Below, one piece after another: positions 1 through 10,440 of a stretch of DNA of 64,000 nt (position 1 is the first letter of the stretch; each line of letters opens with the position of its first letter). The stretch lies in assembly GCA_965223345.1 (NCBI GenBank), contig CBDCWG010000012.1:1728001-1792000 (forward strand). Reading direction: 5' to 3'. The stretch comes from Nitrospinales bacterium. Lineage in GTDB: Bacteria; Nitrospinota; Nitrospinia; Nitrospinales; VA-1. Position numbers and translations under genes: made by a program. A model generated the notes under the pieces. It did no database searches. It had not been told where the DNA came from and saw only the letters and a list, made by a program, of their open reading frames with translations.

Positions 1-266
1 GGGGCGGTTTCCGGTGTGGCGTTCACCGCTTCGGGAAAGCGGGCTCTCAGCACAGGCGCGTCCCTTTTGATTGCCTCATCGAGGTTCGGCGGCGCCGCAT
101 CCCCCCAGAAACGCTCGGGGACGTGGGTCGAAAAATCCACTTTCTCGAATTCCGCCGCGCTGAGCGGAGTGTGTATCACCGTTTTCGCACAGCCTAAGGA
201 CAGGCTGGCGATCAGGATCAGCAGCGCAACCGTTTTCAGAATGTTTGCCGAGATGGGAGCGTCCAC
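1..266 (-). CDS. Partial lipoprotein running off the window start, possibly patatin-like phospholipase family
   Basis: Not in the ORF track. Manual translation from GTG at 266 (GAGG upstream) gives MDAPISANILKTVALLILIASLSLGCAKTVIHTPLSAAEFEKVDFSTHVPERFWGDAAPP..., open to base 1. It has an LSLG-C lipobox, and RFWGD resembles the N-terminus of patatin-like lipoproteins. Lies 12 nt downstream of ruvB. Confidence 0.6.
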   Translation of the reverse strand, partial: MDAPISANILKTVALLILIASLSLGCAKTVIHTPLSAAEFEKVDFSTHVPERFWGDAAPPNLDEAIKRDAPVLRARFPEAVNATPETA

Positions 267-277
267 GCCTCGCCCGC

Positions 278-1303
278 CTAAAACAAACTTTCCTGTCCGG
301 CCTGTTCCGGGGGCAGCAGGCCGAAGTGGCGGTAGGCGAGGGGGGTGGCGACGCGGCCGCGCGGGGTGCGGTGGATGAAGCCACTCTGCATGAGGTAAGG
401 TTCGAGCACATCCTCGATGGTGTCTTTCTCTTCGCTGATGGAGGCGGCCAGGCTCTCGATGCCCACCGGCCCGCCGGCGAATTTTTCGATCAGCGTGCGC
501 AGCAGTTTGTGGTCCATCTTGTCCAGCCCCTTGTCGTCCACTTCCATCATCTCCAGAGATTTCTGCGCCACGGTGCGCTCGATGACGCCGTTGGCCTTGA
601 CCTGCGCGTAGTCGCGCACGCGCCGGAGCAGCCGGTTGGCGATGCGCGGGGTGCCGCGCGAGCGGCGGGCGATCTCGTTGGCGCCGTCTTCGGTGGTCTC
701 GACCTCCAGGATGGAGGCGGAGCGGGTGACGATGGTTTCCAGTTCCTTTTCGGAGTAATAGTCCAGCCGGTGCACCACGCCGAAGCGGTCGCGCAGTGGC
801 GAGGTGAGCAGGCCTGCCCGCGTCGTCGCGCCGATCAGGGTGAAGGGCGGCAGGTCCAGCTTGATGGAGCGGGCGCTTGGCCCCTGGCCGATGAGGATGT
901 CGAGCTTGTAGTCCTCCATGGCCGAGTACAGCACTTCCTCGATGGCGTTCGACAGCCGGTGGATCTCGTCGATGAACAGGATGTCGCCTTCCTTCAGGTT
1001 GGTGAGCAGCGCCGCGAGGTCGCCGGATTTTTCGATCACCGGGCCCGAGGTGCTTTTGAGGTTCGCACCCATCTCCTGGGCGATGATGTTGGCGAGCGTG
1101 GTTTTGCCCAGCCCCGGCGGTCCATAGAACAGCGCGTGGTCCAGCGCTTCACCGCGCAGCTTGGCGGCGGAGATGAAGATCTCCAGATTGCTCTTCACCT
1201 TCTCCTGCCCGACGTAATCGCCGAAGTTGACCGGACGCAGCTTCGAGTCGAACTGGACGTCTTCCGTGTCGAGGGTGGGGTCCATCATGGCATCGTGTTC
1301 CAT
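278..1303 (-). CDS. ruvB: Holliday junction branch migration helicase RuvB
   Basis: LRP..F.DYVGQ, Walker [45 protein letters not shown]; adjacent to ruvA/ruvC. Confidence 0.98.
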   Translation of the reverse strand: MEHDAMMDPTLDTEDVQFDSKLRPVNFGDYVGQEKVKSNLEIFISAAKLRGEALDHALFYGPPGLGKTTLANIIAQEMGANLKSTSGPVIEKSGDLAALLTNLKEGDILFIDEIHRLSNAIEEVLYSAMEDYKLDILIGQGPSARSIKLDLPPFTLIGATTRAGLLTSPLRDRFGVVHRLDYYSEKELETIVTRSASILEVETTEDGANEIARRSRGTPRIANRLLRRVRDYAQVKANGVIERTVAQKSLEMMEVDDKGLDKMDHKLLRTLIEKFAGGPVGIESLAASISEEKDTIEDVLEPYLMQSGFIHRTPRGRVATPLAYRHFGLLPPEQAGQESLF

Positions 1304-1306
1304 TTT

Positions 1307-1903
1307 TTAAGACAGCACGCTCAGGCTGTCCTTGATCAGATCCTGCAAATTGGATTTCTGGTCGTCCCGCTCCCAGATCGATTTGAGCGCTTTCTCCGCC
1401 TCGGGTTTTTTGTAGCCCAGGTTGATGAGCGCCGAAAGCGCGTCGTCCATGACCCCGCTGGTGGCGGTGGCCCCGGCCGCGGGCAGAAACTCGACCTGCA
1501 CGTCGGCGAGCTTGTCCTTCATCTCCAGCGCCAGCCGTTCGGCGGTTTTCTTGCCGACGCCGGGGATGGTGGCGATGCGCGCGACGTCGTGCTCCATGAC
1601 GGCGGTCATCAATTCCTGCGGCGGCATGCCGGACAATATGGAGAGCGCCAGCTTGGGGCCGACCTTGCTGATGCCGATCAGCTTTTCGAACACCATCTGC
1701 TCCTCCTGCGTGAGGAAGCCGAACAGCTTCAGGGCGTCGTCGCGCAGGTGGGTATGGATGTTGACGGCGACGGTCTCCCCGGTTTCCGGCAGGGCGTAGA
1801 AGGTGGAGAGCGGCACGAACACCTGATAGCCGACGCCCTGCACGTCCACCACGATGTGCACCGGCGATTTGGATCTCAGCGTTCCGGTCAGATGCGCGAT
1901 CAT
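1307..1903 (-). CDS. ruvA: Holliday junction branch migration protein RuvA
   Basis: MIAHLTG..GVGY, LFGF, HhH motifs (ISKVGPKLA, IPGVGKKTAERL), C-terminal ALINLGY. Confidence 0.97.
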   Translation of the reverse strand: MIAHLTGTLRSKSPVHIVVDVQGVGYQVFVPLSTFYALPETGETVAVNIHTHLRDDALKLFGFLTQEEQMVFEKLIGISKVGPKLALSILSGMPPQELMTAVMEHDVARIATIPGVGKKTAERLALEMKDKLADVQVEFLPAAGATATSGVMDDALSALINLGYKKPEAEKALKSIWERDDQKSNLQDLIKDSLSVLS

Positions 1904-1904
1904 A

Positions 1905-2402
1905 TCAGCGGCCCGTCTTGAGGCGGGCTTTGTGGGTTGCGGTGTGCAAATGGCAGATGGCGACGGCGAGCGCGTCGGCGGCGTCGAAGGGCTCGGGTTT
2001 TTCCTTGAGGCCCAGAAGCGCCGTGACCATCGTCTGCACCTGGATCTTGTCGGCGCGGCCGTAGCCGACGACGGACTGCTTCACTTCCAGCGGGCTGTAT
2101 TCGGCGATCTCCCGGTCCTCGTTGACCGCGGCCAGAAGCGTCGCACCGCGGGTCTGCCCCAGCTTGAGGGCGGATTTGGCGTTGTTGGCGAAGAACAGAT
2201 CCTCCACCGCCACCGCGTCGGGCGCGAATTCGCGGATCACGGCCACCAGATCGTTGTAGATGCGTTTCAGCCGTTCGGGAAACGGATGGCGGGCGTTGTT
2301 GCGGATGCCGCCCCAGTGCACAGCGCGCAGCTGCCCTTTGGTTTCTTCGATGATGCCGTAACCGGTGCAGTTGCTGCCGGGATCGATGCCCATCACGCGC
2401 AT
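1905..2402 (-). CDS. ruvC: Crossover junction endodeoxyribonuclease RuvC
   Basis: GIDPG, AVEDLFF, VKQSVVGYGRADK, DAADALAVAICH. Confidence 0.97.
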   Translation of the reverse strand: MRVMGIDPGSNCTGYGIIEETKGQLRAVHWGGIRNNARHPFPERLKRIYNDLVAVIREFAPDAVAVEDLFFANNAKSALKLGQTRGATLLAAVNEDREIAEYSPLEVKQSVVGYGRADKIQVQTMVTALLGLKEKPEPFDAADALAVAICHLHTATHKARLKTGR

Positions 2403-2531
2403 AATTTTTTGCCGGGTAGTTGGAAGTGAAAGAATGAAAGACAGGTTGTTATCGGAACCAACGGGGACAGCGTGCTGCGGAATTAGGATACCACGTTCGC
2501 GGTTTGTTTTGAGCCGGGACGGTGAAAAACT

Positions 2532-3284
2532 TTATTCCTGTTCGAGGGCGGCGAGGACTTCGTCGGAGATGTCGAAGTTGGAGTAGACTTTCTGCACGTC
2601 GTCGTGGTCGTCGAGCGATTCCATGAGCCGCAAAAGCTGCTTGGAGTGTTTTTCCTCGATGGGAACGGTGTTCTGCGGCAGGCGGGTGAGTTCGGCGACG
2701 TCCATCTTCACGTTCTGTTCTTCCAGCGATTTGCGCACGGTCTCGAAGTTTTCGACGGAGGTGGTGATCTCGTAGTGATCGCCCACGGTTTTCATGTCTT
2801 CGGCGCCCGCTTCCAGAGCCGCTTCGAACAGTTCGTCCTCGCCTTTTTCCTCTTTCTTGACGGTGATGAATCCCTTCTGCTCGAAAATCCACGCGACGCA
2901 GCCGTTTTCCCCCATGTTGCCGCCGTTTTTTCCGAGGATGGCGCGCAGCTCGCTCACGGTGCGGTTTTTGTTGTCGGTCATCACTTCCATGAAGATCGCC
3001 GCGCCGCCGGGTCCGTAGCCTTCGTAGGTGATCTCTTCGTACTGCGTGCCTTCCAGCTCGCCGGTACCTTTTTTGATGGCGCGGTTGATGTTGTCCTGTG
3101 GCATGTTCTGGCCCTTCGCCGCCTGCACCGCGGTGCGGAGCCGCGGGTTGCCGTCGATGTCGCCGCCGCCCAGCCGCGCCGCCACGGTGATCTCCTTGAT
3201 GAGCTTGGTGAAGATCTTGCCGCGCTTGGCGTCCAAAGCCCCTTTCTTATGCTTGATACTGGCCCATTTGGAATGTCCGGACAT
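2532..3284 (-). CDS. yebC: YebC/PmpR family protein
   Basis: [41 protein letters not shown]; conserved position upstream of ruvC. Confidence 0.96.
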   Translation of the reverse strand: MSGHSKWASIKHKKGALDAKRGKIFTKLIKEITVAARLGGGDIDGNPRLRTAVQAAKGQNMPQDNINRAIKKGTGELEGTQYEEITYEGYGPGGAAIFMEVMTDNKNRTVSELRAILGKNGGNMGENGCVAWIFEQKGFITVKKEEKGEDELFEAALEAGAEDMKTVGDHYEITTSVENFETVRKSLEEQNVKMDVAELTRLPQNTVPIEEKHSKQLLRLMESLDDHDDVQKVYSNFDISDEVLAALEQE

Positions 3285-3434
3285 CGGGAACCCTTTGTAG
3301 TTTATGAATCTGACGCTAATTTAGCATAGAATCCCAACCCCGGCAACCGAAGGCGGCAAACATAGCGGCGGAAGCAGGGAAGGCTTGAAACTCATACGGG
3401 TTGCCACTAACATGGATGGCCTAAACGCTTATTT

Positions 3435-4133
3435 TTGCGAGAAAAGCCCTTGAATAAAGACAGCGAAACGGTGGAAATCAAGGTGGCCGGGCAGCCGGTC
3501 ACCGCCCGGGCGGGGGAGACGATCGTGCACGCGCTGTGGGCTGCGGGGCTGGCGGACGCGGTGAAGACCGGTTGCGTCGGCGGCGTCTGCGGGGCCTGCA
3601 CGGTCACGGTGCGGTTTGCGGACGGCCGGCCCGGAGGCGGCACGGATCTGGCTTGCCTCCGCCCGGTGGAAGCGGGCATGGAGGTGTTTCCCTGTCCGGT
3701 GGACCCCGCGCCTGCAAAGGAACCGGTTGCCGATCCTTCGATGGAACACTTGCAGGCGGCGTTTCCCACCCTCAACCGCTGCACGAAATGCGGCAGCTGC
3801 ACCACCGCCTGCCCGATGTCGATCCCGGTGATGGACTCGGTGCTGCGCATGCAGGAAGGCAAATTCGACGCGGTGAGCGAGGATTTCACCGCCTGCATCC
3901 ATTGCGGTCTGTGCCGCTTCGTGTGCGAGGACAAGGTGCTGCCGCACACGATGGGGATGTGGGTGCGGCGCAGCATGGGCAAAGAGCGGCATGCGGCGGC
4001 AGCGCAGGATGAAAATCCCGCCGTGGAGGATGCGGCGGCGCAAAGCGAATGGGCCTATCTGCTGGAGGGCGATGCGGCCGAGCGGCTCAAGCGGGCGAAG
4101 CATTTCCGCCAGTACGGAATGGGTGAGGCGTGA
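3435..4133 (+). CDS. Fe-S protein with one 2Fe-2S and two 4Fe-4S motifs (fumarate reductase/succinate dehydrogenase Fe-S subunit-like); true start may be GTG 3471
   Basis: CVGGVCGAC...LAC (2Fe-2S); CTKCGSCTTACP and CIHCGLCRFVC (4Fe-4S); overlaps the flavoprotein start by 4 nt. Confidence 0.85.
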   Translation: MREKPLNKDSETVEIKVAGQPVTARAGETIVHALWAAGLADAVKTGCVGGVCGACTVTVRFADGRPGGGTDLACLRPVEAGMEVFPCPVDPAPAKEPVADPSMEHLQAAFPTLNRCTKCGSCTTACPMSIPVMDSVLRMQEGKFDAVSEDFTACIHCGLCRFVCEDKVLPHTMGMWVRRSMGKERHAAAAQDENPAVEDAAAQSEWAYLLEGDAAERLKRAKHFRQYGMGEA

Positions 4134-5806
4134 TGGACTGGGCGAAACAATCTCTCGACAAGCTTGCGGCCAGCCGCGCGCGGCGTCTGAAGCAGACCCT
4201 GCCGCTGCCGGGCGACGCCGAGCAGGACGCGTTGCTGAAAGCCTATCACCCCGATTACCTGGGAAAAGAGCGGACGGTGTGCGTCGGTGCCAACGCCGGA
4301 TCGCAGAAATTTCCGCCGGAACTGGCTCAGCTTCTGGAATCGGACAGCCCGCTGCCGCAGGGTCACGAACCGAAGGTCGAGCTGAAGACGGATGTGTTGA
4401 TCCTGGGCGGCGGCGGCGCGGGGGTGTCGGCGGCGCTCGCGCTGCAGGGCTCCGGGCTTGCGGTCGCGCTCGCCACCAAGCTGCGTCTGGGGGACAGCAA
4501 CACGGTGATGGCCGAAGGCGGCATCCAGGCGTCGCTCGGGTCCGGCGATTCGCCGCGCCGGCATTTTGCTGACTCTTATGTGGGTGGGCACGGCAACAAC
4601 GATGTGAACCTGCTGCGCATCCTCTGCGAGAGCGCCACCGGCAGCGTGGACTGGCTGAGCTCGCTGGGCTGCCTGTTCGACCGCAACGACGATGGCACCT
4701 ACCGCCTGCGCGCCGGCGGCGGCACCTCGGTCCCGCGCGTGCTGGCCTGCCGCGACTACACCGGGCTGGAGATCATGCGCGTGCTGAAAGACGCGCTGCT
4801 TGCGACCGAGACGCGGCTGCTGGAAGACCACGCCGCCGTGGAGTTGACCGACGACGGCGACGGCGCGGTCACGGGTGCGGTGTTGTGGAACCGCGGGAAC
4901 GGAACGCTGACCACGGTATCGGCGCGGGCGGTGATCCTCGCCACCGGCGGCAGCGGACAACTCAGATTGCAGGGATTTCCCACCAGCAACCATCTCGGCG
5001 CGACCGGCGACGGGTTGATCCTGGCGTACCGGCAGGGTTGTGAGTTGCGGCATGCGGACAGTTTTCAGTACCATCCCTCGGGGGCGGCGTATCCGGAGGC
5101 GCTCGCCGGGCAGCTGGTGACCGAGGCGATCCGCTCGGCGGGGGCGCAGGTGGTCAACGCCGAGGGCGAGGCGTACATCGACGCGCTGGTCACCCGCGAC
5201 GTGCTGGCGGCGGCGACGCTTAAGGAAGTGGCTGAAGGCCGCGGCGTTCAGACCCCGGCGGGCCGCAAGGGCGTCTGGCTCGACACGCCGCTCATCGAAG
5301 TGCAAAAAGGCGAGGGGACGCTGAGGCGGCAGTTTCCGAGCATCATCCACCGCTTCGAGCGTTACGGCATCGACCCCGCGCAACAGCCGATCCTCGTGCA
5401 CCCGACCCTGCACTACCAGAACGGCGGCATCCGCACCGATGCGGACGGCCTCACGCAGGTACCAGGATTGTGGGCCGCGGGCGAAGTGACGGGCGGGCTG
5501 CACGGCACCAACAGGCTGATGGGCAATTCCCTGCTCGACATCACGGTGTTCGGCCGCCGGGCGGCGCAGTCGGTGCGGAACCACCTGCCGGAACGCGGAG
5601 CGGTGACGCTCACGGCGCTGGCCAACTTCCGCAAACAGCGCGCGGATGCCGAGGGGTTGTCCGGTGACACCGCGCCGCTGTTTTTCCCCGTCGTCTCGGG
5701 CATGAAGTTCAGCCTGGCCGAATCGGCATCCGCTGCGGAAGAAGCGTCGCCCCCCGAATCCCAGACCGCATCCTCCTTCGAACCGCCGGACCCGTTCGCC
5801 CGGTGA
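4130..5806 (+). CDS. FAD-dependent oxidoreductase, FrdA/SdhA/NadB family flavoprotein
   Basis: GGGGAG dinucleotide motif, SNTVMAEGG, VILATGG, ATGDG, FQYHP, TEAIRSAG, TRD, HYQNGG, AAGE, HGTNRLMGNSL. Confidence 0.9.
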   Translation: MMDWAKQSLDKLAASRARRLKQTLPLPGDAEQDALLKAYHPDYLGKERTVCVGANAGSQKFPPELAQLLESDSPLPQGHEPKVELKTDVLILGGGGAGVSAALALQGSGLAVALATKLRLGDSNTVMAEGGIQASLGSGDSPRRHFADSYVGGHGNNDVNLLRILCESATGSVDWLSSLGCLFDRNDDGTYRLRAGGGTSVPRVLACRDYTGLEIMRVLKDALLATETRLLEDHAAVELTDDGDGAVTGAVLWNRGNGTLTTVSARAVILATGGSGQLRLQGFPTSNHLGATGDGLILAYRQGCELRHADSFQYHPSGAAYPEALAGQLVTEAIRSAGAQVVNAEGEAYIDALVTRDVLAAATLKEVAEGRGVQTPAGRKGVWLDTPLIEVQKGEGTLRRQFPSIIHRFERYGIDPAQQPILVHPTLHYQNGGIRTDADGLTQVPGLWAAGEVTGGLHGTNRLMGNSLLDITVFGRRAAQSVRNHLPERGAVTLTALANFRKQRADAEGLSGDTAPLFFPVVSGMKFSLAESASAAEEASPPESQTASSFEPPDPFAR

Positions 5807-5842
5807 TGCCTTCCCAACCTCAGCCTGAGGCCTGCTGAAAAA

Positions 5843-6415
5843 ATGGTGTCCGAAATCCTCACGGTGTACGGAGTGAAAATCGCGGCGGGGCTGGTGGTGC
5901 TGGTCACGCTGGTGGTGCTTCTGTTCCGGCAGAGCCGCGAACTGCCGCAGGGAGCGGTTTCGGTCGAGGAAAAAATCAAGCGGCTCGGCGACGAATACGT
6001 GGTGGTCAACGATGTGGTGCTGCCGGGTTTCCGCGGCATGAACCGCATCGATCACGTCGTCGTCTCGCCGTTCGGCGTGTTCGTGGTCACCGTGCGCCGC
6101 CAGACCGGCAAGGTGCGCGGCGAGGAGGGGGACCGGGAATGGGAGGTGAAATCCGGCCGGAACCGCGACACGATCTACAACCCGCTCTGGGACAACCGCA
6201 AGCAGATGAACGCATTGGAGGAAACGCTCGGCCGCTATCCCTACGTTCCGGTGGTGGTGTTCACGCAGGCGAAACTGAAAGGGCACTTTCCGGAAAACGT
6301 GGTGCCGCTCAGCCGGCTGCCCGGTTTTCTGCGCAAATACCGCAAGCGGGTGCTGTTCTCCGACAAGCAGGAGACGGTGCTGGAAAAACTGAAGGTCCTG
6401 AAGAACACCGCCTGA
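5843..6415 (+). CDS. NERD (nuclease-related) domain protein with N-terminal membrane anchor
   Basis: N-terminal TM helix; IDHVVVSPFGVFVV and IYNPLWDN are typical of NERD domains; the usual E-x-K is replaced by TVR. Confidence 0.75.
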   Translation: MVSEILTVYGVKIAAGLVVLVTLVVLLFRQSRELPQGAVSVEEKIKRLGDEYVVVNDVVLPGFRGMNRIDHVVVSPFGVFVVTVRRQTGKVRGEEGDREWEVKSGRNRDTIYNPLWDNRKQMNALEETLGRYPYVPVVVFTQAKLKGHFPENVVPLSRLPGFLRKYRKRVLFSDKQETVLEKLKVLKNTA

Positions 6416-6446
6416 TTCCTGGGCATTGACGGAGATGCGGCTGCTC

Positions 6447-6716
6447 TTAATTCCGGTTTTTACTCGATGGGGGGTGCGACATTTTCATATAAACACCGCC
6501 TTTTTCGAGTTCATCGAGCATCTGGCAAAGCCGTTTTTCTTTTGTTTCCTGAAGTTTCGCCTTGCTTATCCATCCGATGTAATCATTCTGTTGATAGGCG
6601 GGCCGCGCTTCGTATTCGGCGACCAACCCACGTCTTTTTAATGCCCGTTTGACAAAGTCCGGCATTTGAAGTTTGGGTCGTGTTAAATTTCCGCTCTTTC
6701 TATGGATCTTTTTCAC
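6447..6716 (-). CDS. YdeI/OmpD-associated family protein
   Basis: MPDFVKRAL...YQQNDYIGWISKAKLQETKEKRL..ML.EL pattern. Confidence 0.8.
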   Translation of the reverse strand: MKKIHRKSGNLTRPKLQMPDFVKRALKRRGLVAEYEARPAYQQNDYIGWISKAKLQETKEKRLCQMLDELEKGGVYMKMSHPPSSKNRN

Positions 6717-7627
6717 TGTTTGACCAGCTCCACGCGGCGGTTCAGGCTGCGGCCTTCCTCGGTGGAGTTGGAGGCGGCGGGCGCGAGCGGGCCGACGCCG
6801 AACGGGGCGAGACGGTTGCCCGCCACTTCGTACTTGTCGATGAGGGATTGCACCACGGCCTGGGCGCGTTCGTTGGACAGGTTCATATTGACTTCCAGCG
6901 GGCCCACGGCGTCGGTGTGGCCGACGACGAACAGCTTGAGGGATTTTCTCAGTTGCAGCAGCGTGGCGATTTCCTTGAGGGCGGGTTCCGACTCGGGTTT
7001 GATGCTGGATTTGCCGGTGTCGAAGTAGATGCCGTAAATCCGCACACGTCCCAATTGATCGATGTCCTCGCCGAGGGTTTGCGCGTTGACGGAAACCAGC
7101 CCGGTTTCCATCGATTTAATTTCGATCACGTCCACCTGCGTGCGGTTGCGTCCCACCATCACCGAAACGTAGGCTTCCTGGCCGCCGGATTCGATGCGGC
7201 CCGCCAGATAACGGCTCTTGTTCCCGGTGTAGGCGGAGATTCCGTTGAAGCGGCTCCAGTGGCTGGCGGAAATGCCGGCGCCGCAGCCTTCGCCGGAACA
7301 CTGAAAGATGGTTTTCATGCCGCCTTTGTTGAGCGCCATTTCGAAATTCTTGTAGATCTCCAGCGTGGAGCGTTCCTTCGGGTTCGAATACACGATCCGC
7401 GTGACCCTTCCCGCCAGCTTTTTGCCGACGAACTCGCCTTTTTCCAGATCGATGCCCTTGATGAAATTGTATTCATCGAATTCCTTGACGCTGTATTTCT
7501 GAATCTGCGAGCCGGGGAAGCGGGAAACCAGCGGGTGATCTCCGCGCACCGCCCAGCTTTCACCGGGCAGGACAAACAACGGGGCGAGGATCGGGATAAT
7601 CAGTAACAGAATACTTATGCGGCGCAT
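6713..7627 (-). CDS. OmpA-family peptidoglycan-binding protein with N-terminal DUF4892-like domain
   Basis: Signal peptide; DHPLVSRFPGS; C-terminal IYFDTGKS, VVGHTD, NMNLSNERA, NRRVELV. Confidence 0.88.
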   Translation of the reverse strand: MRRISILLLIIPILAPLFVLPGESWAVRGDHPLVSRFPGSQIQKYSVKEFDEYNFIKGIDLEKGEFVGKKLAGRVTRIVYSNPKERSTLEIYKNFEMALNKGGMKTIFQCSGEGCGAGISASHWSRFNGISAYTGNKSRYLAGRIESGGQEAYVSVMVGRNRTQVDVIEIKSMETGLVSVNAQTLGEDIDQLGRVRIYGIYFDTGKSSIKPESEPALKEIATLLQLRKSLKLFVVGHTDAVGPLEVNMNLSNERAQAVVQSLIDKYEVAGNRLAPFGVGPLAPAASNSTEEGRSLNRRVELVKQ

Positions 7628-7809
7628 GTATCGACTCCGGGTGCTGACAATGAAAAGGGTGGGGCCATTCGCCCACCCGGTGTTGACGGTTTCGACTGGT
7701 TCGGGAAACGGTCCAATTATAGCTTCGCGCTTCCCCGATGAAAAGATGCAAGCTTCAACTCTGAAAGCTTAGCATAAAACGCCGAGTGACAATGTCTTAG
7801 CTTTTTTTG

Positions 7810-10440
7810 TCATTGCTCTTGCCAGCGCGCTCCGTCTAAACGCACCGGCCGGTCTGCGATCTTCTGAAAATAGATGTCCAGCGATTCCAGCCCCGCCCGC
7901 TGCTGGCCGGCGGCGAAGGCGCGGTGGCCGGGGCCCTGGTAGCGCCGGGAGAACACGGAGAAGCGCTGGGCGGTGCGGGTGGTGAAATTTCGTTTGAGCG
8001 AAGTCGCTTCCTGCGGGCTCACGCCGCGCACCTCAGGGAAATGGTTGAGCCGGTAGCGCAGCAGGTTCACAAAACTCTGGTCCGTCTGCCACTTCAGTGG
8101 CGGCAGCAGGTTGACCGGGGAGAATTCCAGGATCGGGCGGTTGTCGGTGATGACGGGCGCGTCTGTGAGGTAGCCGTCGAGACGGCCGCCGTCGGTCAGG
8201 TAAAAATCGAGAAAATCCAGAAACGAGCGGACTCCCATTTCTTCGGCCTGCTGCCGGATATCGGGGTTTCGCATCAGGCGCTCGAACCGCTGTTTGTCCA
8301 GCGGCACCGGCTCCTTGGAGCCCACCAGCAGCACGATGCGCGTGAGAAAGCTGTTCCACACCGTGACTTCGGGGAACACGCTGCGGAAGGTCTGCACGAT
8401 GGCGCGGGCGTCCTCCTCGCTGACCAGATGCAGCGGCAGCCATTGCATGAGCAGGCCGCCGGGGTTCAGCCGTTGCAGGGCCTGCTCATAAAAATCCCGG
8501 CTGTACAGGTGCACCACCCCCGCCTGCACCGGCGACATCGGCTCGAGCGTGATCACATCGTAGCTGTTTTGCGTCCAGCGCGTGTAGGCCCGGCCGTCCT
8601 GAATCGTCATCCGCACGTTGGGACGGTTCAGCACGTCGTGGTTCCAGCGGGAAAACCACGGCGCGAGGGTCAGCACGTTGGGATCGATCTCCACGCCGTC
8701 CACCTCAACGCCGGGAAACCGCGCCACCGAGCCCAGTGTGTTGCCGGTGCCGAAACCGATCACCAGCGCGCGTTCGGGTTTGGGGTGCAGCATCATAGGG
8801 ACGAACCCCATCGCCTGCATGTAGGCGCTGCCGCCCAGCGACCGTGACACGGTGGCGGTGCTGAATCCGTTCACGTACAGGGTGCGGGCCCGGGTTTCCT
8901 GGTCCTCGACCACGGCGAGGGTGGCGAAGCTGCCTTCCTTGTAGGCCAGGGTGTCGGTGCGGTCTTTATCCACGTTGATCTCCATGCGGCTGAGCAGCGG
9001 GCCGCCCTCGCCGCCGGAGCCGGATATCTGGGTCGTTCCCAGAACCAGAAGCGCGAGACCCGCGCAGACGACGGCGAGTTTGGATTTTTTGCTGTCCAGA
9101 AACCACAGCAGGCCGATGCCCGCGGGCACCAGCAGCCCCAAGGCCAGCACCACCAATGATGTGCGGATGCCGAGCATCGGGATGAGGACGAACGGCGCGA
9201 GCGCCGTTCCGGCGACCGCGCCCAGCGTGTTGAAGGCATACGTCTTTCCGAGGGTGTCGCTGATCGACCCGAAAAGGCCGAGGTGGATGCGGTTGGCGAG
9301 CGGAAACAGCAGCCCGAAGCCCAGAGAGGGAAAGAACATCAGCCCGAACGCGAACAGCGATCGCACCGCCAGCGTGCGGCCGGGGGTGTTTTCGAGATCG
9401 TAAAACAACCGGTCGGCCTGGGCGGTCCATTCGGGCAAATAGGCGAACAGCGGCAGAATGGCCAGACAGGCCGCGCCGATGGCGAACTCCAGAAGCAGGA
9501 AGGTGCGCACCCGGTGGGCGCTGCCGAGCAGTTTTTCCGAGATCAGGCTGCCGAGGGCAATGCAGAACAAGAAGGTGGCGAGGATCAGCGCGAACGAGTA
9601 CAGCGTCATCCCCAGCGGGAAAACCAGGATGCGGGTCCAGAGGATCTCGTTCGCCAGCGCGGCCAGTCCGGAAAACACGAACAAAAGCAACAGCAGCAGG
9701 CTCCAGCCCCGGCTCAGGACGGTTTCGTCCGCCGGTTCGCGCGGGGTTTCCTCGTCTTCAAGAGCGGCTTGCGGTGCGGGGGCGCTCTGCTTCCGGTAGG
9801 GCAGGCAGACTAGAAAAATGGCGAAGTTCAACGCGACCGCCGTCCACAGGGTGGCCTGAATGCCGAGGGCCTCGATCGCGAACCACTGGGTGAACAGGCA
9901 GCCGAACACGCCGCCGAAGGTGTTGACGCTGTAGAGGACCGACATGCTGGAAAAGATCCGGCCGACGCGGCCGGCGATCGCCCAGCTTGCGAACACCGGC
10001 AGGGTGGCCCCCATCAGCAGGGTGGGCGGCAGCATGAGAAGCGCCGCCAGCACGAATTCCACGATGTGCAGCGACAGGCCGGAACCCAGCGAGTGGCCCA
10101 TCAGCGCGGGGTACACCGATTCCAACAGCTTCAGCCCCCAGGGGAAGGCCAGGCCGTACAGCCCGATGCCCGCCTCGATCGCGCCGTAGAGAAACAGCAG
10201 GTTGAGCGGTTTGCCGCTCTGCGCCGCCCATTTGAGATAGCGGGCGCTGCCCGCGGCGCCGAGGGCGAGACCGGCCATGAACGCGCACAGCACGGCGCTG
10301 ATCGCATACAGCGTCGCGCCGAACACCAGGCTCAGCTGCCGGATCCACACCAGCTCGTAGATCAGGCTGGCGGCTCCGGACAGGAACAGGCAGCCGTACG
10401 GCAGGGCTTTGACGAGGAGCGGGGACGTGAAACGGTTCAT
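7810..10440 (-). CDS. Fused multi-TM (MFS-like) / spermidine synthase-like SAM-dependent transferase
   Basis: LSGAASLIYELVWIR and repeated TM module (SGLAALANEILWTR); C-terminal LVIGFGTG, VEID, QDGR, LNPGG, TDNRPILEF. Confidence 0.88.
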   Translation of the reverse strand: MNRFTSPLLVKALPYGCLFLSGAASLIYELVWIRQLSLVFGATLYAISAVLCAFMAGLALGAAGSARYLKWAAQSGKPLNLLFLYGAIEAGIGLYGLAFPWGLKLLESVYPALMGHSLGSGLSLHIVEFVLAALLMLPPTLLMGATLPVFASWAIAGRVGRIFSSMSVLYSVNTFGGVFGCLFTQWFAIEALGIQATLWTAVALNFAIFLVCLPYRKQSAPAPQAALEDEETPREPADETVLSRGWSLLLLLLFVFSGLAALANEILWTRILVFPLGMTLYSFALILATFLFCIALGSLISEKLLGSAHRVRTFLLLEFAIGAACLAILPLFAYLPEWTAQADRLFYDLENTPGRTLAVRSLFAFGLMFFPSLGFGLLFPLANRIHLGLFGSISDTLGKTYAFNTLGAVAGTALAPFVLIPMLGIRTSLVVLALGLLVPAGIGLLWFLDSKKSKLAVVCAGLALLVLGTTQISGSGGEGGPLLSRMEINVDKDRTDTLAYKEGSFATLAVVEDQETRARTLYVNGFSTATVSRSLGGSAYMQAMGFVPMMLHPKPERALVIGFGTGNTLGSVARFPGVEVDGVEIDPNVLTLAPWFSRWNHDVLNRPNVRMTIQDGRAYTRWTQNSYDVITLEPMSPVQAGVVHLYSRDFYEQALQRLNPGGLLMQWLPLHLVSEEDARAIVQTFRSVFPEVTVWNSFLTRIVLLVGSKEPVPLDKQRFERLMRNPDIRQQAEEMGVRSFLDFLDFYLTDGGRLDGYLTDAPVITDNRPILEFSPVNLLPPLKWQTDQSFVNLLRYRLNHFPEVRGVSPQEATSLKRNFTTRTAQRFSVFSRRYQGPGHRAFAAGQQRAGLESLDIYFQKIADRPVRLDGARWQEQ

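Noticed and set aside
245..1921. Long antisense or alternative-frame ORFs (e.g. 245-1921 +, 4055-6286 -, 13481-15085 +, 37107-38867 -, 43166-45010 -, 43312-45159 +)
   Set aside because: Shadow ORFs of high-GC coding regions that overlap well-supported genes and lack recognisable motifs.
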